From contig SNRW01000066.1 in NCBI GenBank assembly GCA_008636045.1, positions 1 to 32,735 on the forward strand: a stretch of DNA of 32,735 nucleotides, given 5' to 3'. Numbering within the stretch: the stretch's first letter is position 1; every line of letters begins with the position of its first letter. A program made the translations under genes and the position numbers. Origin of the DNA: Streblomastix strix (Eukaryota). This document shows positions 23,686 to 32,735 of this stretch, piece after piece. The notes under the pieces are model-generated. The model made no database searches, was not told the origin of the DNA, and worked only from the letters and a program-made list of their open reading frames with translations.

Positions 23686-25145
23686 TCATTAATATTAAGT
23701 TTCTAGTAGTAAATTATTGTACATATCACAATATTACGTCGGCACCTTACGCCCAAAGTTATCATATAATGTAAATACCACTGATTTATTTTAGCCAATA
23801 AAACACTCTTACGAAATCATGTTTTATCCCCATAAAACTGGGGCATCAACCAAGTTTTATTTGAAGCACACATTATTGAACCCATTACCCCCGACAGTCT
23901 CCATCGTTATACCCTTTAATTAATTATTTATGCATATAATTAACATCTGGGGATATTCTATAAAATTACCTATAAATGGACAGAATATTGGCAGGTCTGA
24001 TATCAAACTATTAGCAGAAAATTTAATCTTATAAACCAATGTTTCTAAATCAATCTATTTAATTGATGATGTGAAATTAACTAATTAATTTGCTTTATTT
24101 TCATTTAGCCCATCATATAAATCTAAGGCACCAACGAGTTAGGCATATAAATTTGGTGACAATATTAATTTTTTAGCATACCAATTAATATGTTCAACTG
24201 CTGCATATTCACAAACAACTTCAGCGATGAATTAACCTTAAAAACCAGTCCTTCCTACAGCTGCATAAATATCCATCCATTCGCTAGTGGTTAAAGCTGG
24301 TAGTGAGCATATTATTCTCATGGGGAAAGTATTTATATTATTGATTATTTATTGCATGGTCTATTATTATACATCAATTGGCTGGTCATCTAATGTTGTT
24401 ATCACGCCCACTGAACTAATATTTATACGCTTACCAAATAAATAATGTACAGATAATGCATTTGACGCTAAGGGCTCAACAGAAGTTATAAAGTTATTTG
24501 TAGTTGGGCAATATAATCGGATTAATCCTATTGCTCGATATGCTACACCATTACTATAATCCATTATCCAATAATGATAAAGGAACGCGTCAATTCTTAA
24601 ATTAATATAATTCACTGCTGAACTTACTATATCTGAACCACAATTTGTATTAAATGAAAATTGATTATTTGATAATTTTATGTATGTTCATTCTGGGGGT
24701 TATTGAAGCAAATAGTGCCTCGGTTTGTTGTTGTTTACTATTTGAAATATTTTTCTTATCCGTCAATCAAATTAGTAAATTAAGGAACTTAAAGAGCAAG
24801 CAATTATGGAACATATTTATATCCCTGATTATCTTAGTCATCAACGTATTAATTATTAATGGCTGTATTTAAATTTAGCCTGATAGGTGGCAACTCCGTT
24901 AATGCTTATAATGTAAAAGTATTATTTACGTTATCTAGTTAATAGTATATTTTTCAGTTGGGGGTAGAAATTATATTATGTTAAATTTCTATATAATCAC
25001 TATTTAAATAATAGGTTAAATTTATTGGGATATTATTAATGCTATTCACTTAAAATGAATTATAGCCTGAGGGTATGGTGGTCTTCCATGAAACGAAAGC
25101 TTCTTATGAGTCAGAGCTAATAATTTTTAAGCCAATGTTTGACAT
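23686..25145 (-). pseudogene. Frameshifted ~480-codon viral gene; candidate minor capsid/structural protein
   Basis: ATG 25145 in TATATAAATG context (MSNIGLKIISSDSQEAFVSWKTTIPSGYNSFQVNSI...). Long beta-rich open segments with several frame changes; the function is guessed from context only. Confidence 0.45.
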
Positions 25146-25169
25146 TTATATAAAATTAAATTATTGAAA

Positions 25170-25412
25170 TCATTATTGTTTTCCATTAATGCTTTTTCCA
25201 TTCAATAATTCAATTAATTTCATAACTGCATTTTAGCTATTTTCTTAGGCTATTAATATGATTTCTTTTAGCTCTTCCATCTTCAGACGCTTATTAAATT
25301 ATCTCAATAAAAATCGAAGTTCAATTTCGGGGTCTGATTTCGTGGCTAAAGAAACTAAAGAACTAAGAAACGAATTATAGACCATGAATTCTTCGCATGA
25401 TATTTTAATCAT
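25170..25412 (-). CDS. Hypothetical viral protein (80 aa)
   Basis: Open ATG 25412 (TATATAAATG context) to TGA 25170-25172 (MIKISCEEFMVYNSFL...). Confidence 0.6.
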
Positions 25413-25442
25413 TTATATAATGGTAAAAATATATTTTCATTT

Positions 25443-26486
25443 ATGTTTAAGAGCTAAAATTTGAGTTGTGAGAAGAATAAGACTAGATATAGAAAGTATA
25501 ATATCAATGGCTTCCATTTGTACCTAATTAAAATATAATATTATTATTAGAATATTTTAAAATCAAATAAAATTTCATAATTGAATCATAAAATAGGCTT
25601 GAAGTCATAAAGACAATATAATACACGAGTTAAAACAAAAGCTGCATAAGAAAAAGCAAAACATAAAAGATCAGCCAGCTCAATCCATATAGTTAGCCCA
25701 TAGGATTATATCCCCGCTGATTAAATCGGTAATGTAGAAGAATCAGATGATGACTTTATTTATAGGTAACAACGATAATATCAAAAATAAGCATTAATGG
25801 CAGCAAGACGCAACGCCATTAATACCATGCAAAATAGCTTGATAAATTAAGTTCAAGAATAAAACCATCTCTTTGGATTGCTTTACAGAATAAAGGACCC
25901 AGCTTTTACTGATATATATAACCATAATGCTGTGATAAACGAACCCGCTAATGATACAGTTAGCAGAACTATACCATGGCACATGATATAGTTATAAAAT
26001 TTAATATAATGTGGTTGCTAATCAAGTGGTGTATCATAATTAAGGAACGAAACTGATTTGTAATAAGGAACATCAACGTAAGACGCATTTAGCTAATAAA
26101 CGGATTAGGATATGGGGCAATCAGAGGGATAAAATATTGGTTAATAATTGCGGGAAGAATATTAATAGGCTAAATTATGGAGTGATTAATTAATATAGGA
26201 TAATAAAGAAACAAATAAATTAGAATATTAAGCAGGGGCCTCTGATTGGGGATAACCACCCATAAACAGCTCATATACTAATAATCCATATCCCCGAAGA
26301 AATACGGGATATTATATGAATGTGGGAGGTATGCCATCATTAATGTTGAAAAATGAAGTTTATGATAAATAGAGTAAAATAAATATACCAAAGGAGCGAA
26401 AAAATTATATAAAAACAAGCTAATTAATATAATCAGCCACCGCATAAGGAAGGCTATAGAAACACGGTAAAAATAAGAAAAAATGA
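25443..26486 (+). CDS. Hypothetical Gln-rich protein with basic N- and C-termini (up to 347 aa)
   Basis: No in-frame TGA between ATG 25443 and TGA 26484-26486; the true start is uncertain. Confidence 0.55.
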
Positions 26487-26488
26487 AA

Positions 26489-26977
26489 TCAAAAAGTTTA
26501 TACTGCTACATCTACCTGCTCTATATTCACTTCGATTATGTCAATGATTCTAATTAAATCCTCTTTTGATAAAACAACTTTATTTAGCATTTTTTAGGCT
26601 GATAATTATAGCTCAGAAATGTCAGATTTAAATACCCTTTATTTTTCTCTCAATCCTTATTTAAATTGTTTTCGTTGTAATCTAGCTATATCTCTAGCCT
26701 CCTCTTCAGTGTAATATTTCCGTGGCCTGCCTTGCCTTGGTGTTGCAGGCCTTGGAGATGGTGCCTCTGCTGACGGCTCAGTTGTTGGCTCTGCTAATGA
26801 TTCAGCTGACGGCTCCATAGGAGGCACCACTGATGGCTCCATTACTGGCTCTATTACTTGCTCCATTGATGGTTCCTCAATTGATATCGTTTATGTTTTC
26901 ACTTTTTTTACATATTTTTTATGTAGTTTTTTCTCAAGAATTGGCTTTTCGATTTGTTCATTTATTTTTCCTTCCAT
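26489..26977 (-). CDS. AT-hook-containing protein with EP-rich repeats (162 aa)
   Basis: Open ATG 26977 to TGA 26489-26491; EPxx repeats, then PRQGRPRKY (AT-hook GRP core) and a helical basic segment. Confidence 0.7.
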
Positions 26978-27015
26978 TTATTAATTGACAAAAAATAAAA
27001 AATTAAAAAAATTAA

Positions 27016-28180
27016 TCAATTTAATTTAAATGTTCGTTTATATTTCTATTGTAAAGTATCAATGGAGTCAGCCACTTTCTTTAAGTAAAAGGCAGGAACT
27101 TCAACAGTTTTAATATCTTTGTATGGTCTTATTAACTCACAAATAACGTTTCCATGGCTATAATTAATGAATGTTGCAATTTCATTAAATTATCGTCGTT
27201 TCTTTTCGAAATTATGCTGTGTTTTTGATAGGTCAAGATGTATCATTATTACATTACCTTAGTGAAGGTCTAATAATTTATCCCTTGTTTATAGTTCCTT
27301 AATGCTGGATGCATCTTTCATTTTCTAACGAATATATATCTTCTAAATCTTCTGATTCATTAACTTACTGAGGGGTAAATTTATTCTTGAACGCTGAATG
27401 CTTGGTGTTATTGTAGTCATCAACGACTTGCTACATTTGCTTATTATTAGCTATGAGCTGGTCATCGTCTTCAAATGCATTGCTTATTGTGCGGACTACA
27501 GAATCAACGATACGGTTTTTATTGATAAATTTGGAAGAGTTAAAATATTAGGTGATATTTTATTCTTTCGAATAATCCTTTATTTGATTGCTACCGAGGG
27601 CGGCCTCACCATCAGATCGAATATTGGAAACATGCTGGTCTTTTACTAATTATTTTAGGCATTTGAGTAATTCATTAGTTGATTTATCTTTGATAGGATA
27701 AACTATTAAATATTTTGTATTAATATTTATGGCGAAAAGATAATGCTAATTGATTTTATTTATGGTGGGATGCATAATGAAAATAACATCAATTTCCCAA
27801 CTACCTAATAAAGGCGAATAATATAGTCGTTGATATTTCATTAATGGGTTTAATTTAATATCTTGGACAATATTAGTTTTATCTTTCGCTTTACTTCTGA
27901 AGGGATTTTATATTTTCGGTGGCTCAATTTATTCCTTTATTTATTTTGGCTTGGTATTTTATTTAATTCTTTCAGCGTGATATTTTAAATAATTATGTAA
28001 ATAAATTTTATACCATTGCGATATTGATTTATTTTAAAATATCAATTCTAAATTATTTATTGTAAATTATTAATTAAAATAATTATTGATATTTCTAATG
28101 AAATCCTTTAAATTTATTTTATCATGCTTAAAACTTAAATTGTCAATTACTTGCTCAATTGGTTTATTTCTATTGGACAT
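27016..28180 (-). pseudogene. Retroviral-like (RVE) integrase, one C-terminal frameshift
   Basis: GSWEID...YLFAININTKYL...IRSDGE...NRIVDSVVRTI...YNNTKHS follows the RVE core layout. ATG at 28180, TGA at 27016-27018; an apparent 2-nt loss in the (AT) run at ~27332 lies downstream of the catalytic core. Confidence 0.85.
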
Positions 28181-28211
28181 TTTATATATTTTAAATTGTA
28201 TATTATTAAAT

Positions 28212-28390
28212 GCGCGCAAATGGCTCAGTGGGACTGGTCCCCCTATTACCAAGTCGAGTGTTTAGGTTCGACTTCCCCCGCTCACCGTCCTTTCGTTCGT
28301 AAAATTAACAGTTCATTTTAATTTTTTTACGAGCGGGGGGACCAACTGTTCTTGCTCCAACTCAAAAGAACAGTGACCGAGTCCGCCCAT
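28212..28390 (+). ncRNA. Candidate Pol III-type structured RNA or terminal structured element
   Basis: TGGCTCAGTGG (28221-28231, A-box consensus), GGTTCGACTTCC (28265-28276, B-box-like), T-runs at 28316-28319 and 28322-28328, and several inverted repeats. Confidence 0.35.
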
Positions 28391-28506
28391 CATAAAAAAA
28401 AGAAGATGGGTGTTGTGTAAGCCAATGCTTGCTCGAGGTTTTTTTTTAGTTTTTTATAATTGGGATAAAAATACGGGTAGGCATGGTATTTATATGTATA
28501 AATACT

Positions 28507-29804
28507 AATTACATAAAAATAAAGCAAAAGAAGAAGAAAATAAAAGAAAAGAATCGGAAACCGAGAAAAGGAAAATATGTGATGAAAATTATGAGATGAA
28601 AAGAGAGAATGAAAGAATGAAATATGAAGTTGCATAATTGAAGCATAAATATGGAAATGAAAACATTAAATCAGAAATTAAGATTATTGAAAATAAAGAA
28701 AAAGAAAAAGATTGCAAGATTCAATAATTGGAAGAATAGAAAAGAATTTAATAAACTGAAATAAATAAATTGAAATAAGAGAATTAAAAAGAGAAATAAG
28801 AAAAGGAAAAAGAAAGAAATGAAAAAAAAAGAAAAGATTCATTAATAAATAAATTGAAAGATGAAAATACGAAAATAAAAGAAGAAAATGAAAAATTGAA
28901 AACAAAACCACCTCAAGGTTTAATTTTTATTTATTAATTAATATAAAATTTATTTTATTTCCATCTTTAAATTAGTCAATTCATCTGTCAATTCATATTT
29001 CCCCATTGCAATCCATAATCCAGATCCATCAGATATTGATTTCTCTGATATTGATGGAAGGATGAAAAAGATAACAAAGAAACAAAGTAAATTGAATACA
29101 ATCTCATTGATTCAAATATAAGAGAATTGAATCTGGGAAATTGAAACTGAATTCTCTGGAGATCTTTAATTAACATGTTTATTTCTATTATATTTTTTTT
29201 TACTAAATTTATTAATTTTATTTTTTTTCCAGGTATTGGAGTTATGAAAGATCCATTCAACTTCACAGCTGGATAACATTCTACATATTATCCTGGTATA
29301 TTATTTCTTTATTATTTTCCCAATCACTATTTTATTTTCATATATTTAACTATTTTATTCTATTCTAAGATCAATGTGTTTCATATTCCTCAAAGTATAT
29401 TTATCTTTTTTTTATTTATTATTATTATTTTATTCAATTATTATTTTATAATACAGATAATGGGAAGATGGATCTATATGGTATAAGTTAAATTGGATAG
29501 ATGGAAATGAAGGATATTCAGCAGGTCAGAAAGTGAAACAATAATTTGATTCAGAAAAAGGAACATTGATATTCTTTGTTGATGGAGTACAATAATCTGT
29601 TTATTTCTCAGGAATTAAAGAGAAAGTTCGTTTCTTTGTATGATTCATTTATATTTAATATTCACATATTTATTTATTATATAATTTAATATCATTCAGA
29701 TTTGCATGCACTATGTTGGTTCTTCATGCACCATTCGATCTCTTAAGAAACTCAGTTCACCAACTTCTGGACATGTTCCAAATGAAAAAGCAATATTATG
29801 GTGA
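28507..29804 (+). pseudogene. 5'-truncated paralogue of the host coiled-coil/SPRY-like gene
   Basis: Near-identical to 4160-5352 including introns. Starts mid-coil at the virus right junction; in-frame GGA>TGA at ~29128; terminal TGA at 29802-29804. Confidence 0.75.
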
Positions 29805-30271
29805 AATAACTGATCAACTTGAGTAATACAAAGATTAATCACGAGTGAAAGAATAAAATCATTTCTTAAATAATATTCAAATAAATTCACTTGCAATCTC
29901 ATCTTTAAATATCAAGCTTAATATATAATAAAAAATTCACTTTATTGATAATATTATAAAAACAAATTTAATATTTAATTTTTTTTATTTGCTTTAACAT
30001 TAAATATTATTAAAACATAATATTGAACATAAATGCAATGTAATGAAATGAAAAATGAATTATCTAATTTAAATCAAAAGTCAATTCGGTATTCTGATGA
30101 TTATCCTGAATATCCTGAACCTCATCACAGTCTGGATGATCATATCAAATATCAAATATCAAATACAATCGAAGTCTATGGTCTCAAATGTTCATCAGAA
30201 TCCCTAATGTCTAATAGAAACATCCAACAATTGTCAATCTAAAGTTTCAATTGTTCTAATTCCTGTATTTC

Positions 30272-32359
30272 ATTTGGATTTAGCTCCCTTTGGATTGTAG
30301 TTCCTGTTATTGTTATATTCATCATCTACTCAATATACTGAGATAAATAATGATATTGGCGATTCTAATTCAAAAGATAAGGATTAGAATAAATCTAAGA
30401 AACTTAAGAATGACATCGATAAAATGAAGATAATCATTATTAAAGATAAGAAGAATAAATGTATATTCAATCATTATGTTTCAATTCGTATCAACAAATA
30501 AAATAAAACATACTTTTTTAAATTTTTAATGTTTAATCAATTTATTGTATTTTATGAAATGGTTAAATTAAATGATAATATTCATATTAATTTAATTCAT
30601 ATGCAATCATTAAAATAAATTAATTTAAAAAATAAATAAAAATTATAAAATGCAAATAAAATAGACTTCTTCTTCTTAATCTGCATTCTTTCTCGCGTGT
30701 AACAAATCAATCTCATTCAATAAAGGCTTTGTTGACTAATTCATATCAAATGAAGATGAAATAATTATCAAATATTATTTATATTATTCATTAATATAAT
30801 TCATACCTTAGTTCTATGCAAGATATCTATGTATTAATTTAAATTCATGCTTTGTCCATTCTTCAGAATCAATCGTCAATGTATTTAAATGATTGTTTAT
30901 CTCCTTTAGAATCAATTTATTTGTTATTTCGTTAGAATGGAAGAGTTGATAAATGCAAATTATTGTTGAATCTTTTATTCAATTATCTCTATTTTAATCA
31001 AATAGAAAAAATAATTTCTGATTATCATTGCATGCTTACATTGCATTGAAATGTGGATGTGGTTGTTTATTGGATGTTGTTTTTGTTCTTAATAAGAAGA
31101 ATAAAGTTTATTGATTTGATTATGTTGGTTATAATCTATAAGAATAAGAACGCTCTAATAAATGTATTAATCCAGATCTACGATTCTTGTTATAGATTTG
31201 TAATCTGATTTCATTACTTTCTTGTATTGCAATGATTTCATTTATAACAGAATATCAAAGTGATGATTAATCAAGTTATCTGTTTGCAAAGAACTAAATA
31301 ATTACAAAAATTTTTCTAGAAATGATTGTTCAGAGTCAAAATTAATCATCTTTCAATCTATTAATGCTAAATAAAGAATAAGAAATTAATTCTAAAATAA
31401 TTAGAATCGGATGATATTCTTATATCAGCAATAAAATAAGATAGAAAAGATAATGAACTTCGATTTCAAATAATCTAATCTGGAATAGTTGATGCAATTC
31501 TGCCTAAAACCACAAATAGAGAACTTAATTAAGTCACATTTAGGTGCTAGGATGCATTCATTCATCTTACAAATCATTCTAATCGTATAAGTCCGCATTT
31601 TGTTGTACTTAATTTCTATTCAATTAAAACATCAAAAATAATCCTTAAAATGGTCCTTTTCGGAAGAATCCATTTATTATTATGCAGTTTATAAATAAAA
31701 AAGAGAAAAAGAAGAATAATAATATAAGAAAGTAAATGGGAATTAAATTAAAATTAATAGAAAATGAAAAATAAAAAAAATTTTTCTGAAAATTATAAGT
31801 AGTTTTAAGCTATTATGTTAAGAACAAAAATCAAAATTGATTGTAAAAATTATAGAAAGATAACTTTATAATTACATTTTTTAAATTATAATTAATTTAT
31901 ATAATCTGGTTAACGAGTTATGAGAATATTAAAATAAGAAAAAGTTTACTTACATTCATAACGATGTATAAAAAGATTAATATAAAATTTATATTTGCAA
32001 TGAATATAAAAATTTCAATAACGTAAAATTATAAAGATTATTTCGAGTATAAACTTGAATAGAAGCTAAATTTTGACTCGTTAATGTTCTGGAGTATATT
32101 GATAATAAAAATAATAAAAACTGAAAAAATATGTCAAAAACAATGCATGCATAAAATTAATAAATATTCCGCATTGTTTGAACACGTGTACGCTGAATGG
32201 AGAGTATTTTTCCTTCCAAGAAAGGCGCTGCTTTTTCTACTCACACTGTAATAAAATTATTTCACAATTTCGCCTTTATTTTTTCTTGTGTTTTTGCGTT
32301 GTTTCTACAATTTATTTTAATTTCTACAAATTATATTTCACTTTTAAGCACAATTTTTT
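30272..32359. repeat. Host tandem-array block A, copy 3
   Basis: Colinear with 687-2773, including the GC-richer block TTCCGCATTGTTTGAACAC...; homology ends at ...AAGCACAATTTTTT. Confidence 0.85.
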
Positions 32360-32735
32360 AGGATGTTATCACGAAGTTCAATTGGTCAACCTCTTTATTA
32401 CGAGACTGCCATACTCGGCCGTAGGGACTGGATGCTCCCACGAGCTGTCCATCCCTATGGGTCGGCCATTATTTTAAATTTAAAGAAAGCTTGAAATGTT
32501 AATATACGATAAATCTGAAAATCCCTGTTACAGGAAGAACTGCGATGAGGTTTAAACAATTAAAGAAAAAAGGATTGATATGTGAGGAAAACATTAAAAG
32601 AAAAACTTACTCACCATAGTATTCTCGTTGTTGCGAGAGTGAGAAAAGAATATTAAATTCGTACAAAAAACCTCACAAAATACATCACGCAGTTAATAAA
32701 AAATTCCAGTGTTGCTATTGTTTGTTGTTTGTTTT

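Noticed and set aside
28212..28290. Canonical tRNA gene
   Set aside because: A- and B-box-like motifs are present, but I could not form an acceptor stem and anticodon arm; kept only as a candidate Pol III-type element.

Overview
AT-rich eukaryotic DNA that uses a variant genetic code (TAA/TAG = Gln, TGA = stop), so the supplied standard-code ORF track is fragmented and partly misleading. The code, the short AT-rich GT-AG introns and the host gene family style suggest a metamonad such as the oxymonad Streblomastix (inference, not verified). The centre of the window (~7264-28506, ~21 kb) is an intronless, gene-dense endogenous Polinton/Maverick-like virus. It encodes a protein-primed PolB (with an HNH/EndoVII-like insert and a candidate vOTU region), an A32-like packaging ATPase, a retroviral-type integrase, a probable major capsid protein, two tail-fibre-like genes, a KilA-N protein, an AT-hook protein, a small amphipathic peptide and several hypothetical proteins. 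Several core genes carry frameshifts, and PolB is split by an 812-bp MITE with an ATAT target-site duplication. The element sits in a host tandem array of a ~5-kb unit containing an ARM-like/coiled-coil/SPRY-like gene; its SPRY loops are hypervariable between copies while its introns are nearly identical. Unusual signals include GA/GA-mismatch and GNA-loop hairpins (one at the left end, others in frame inside genes), an A-box/B-box structured region at the right end, and a shared TATATAAA(A)TG start motif. All translations were done by eye and no database searches were run.
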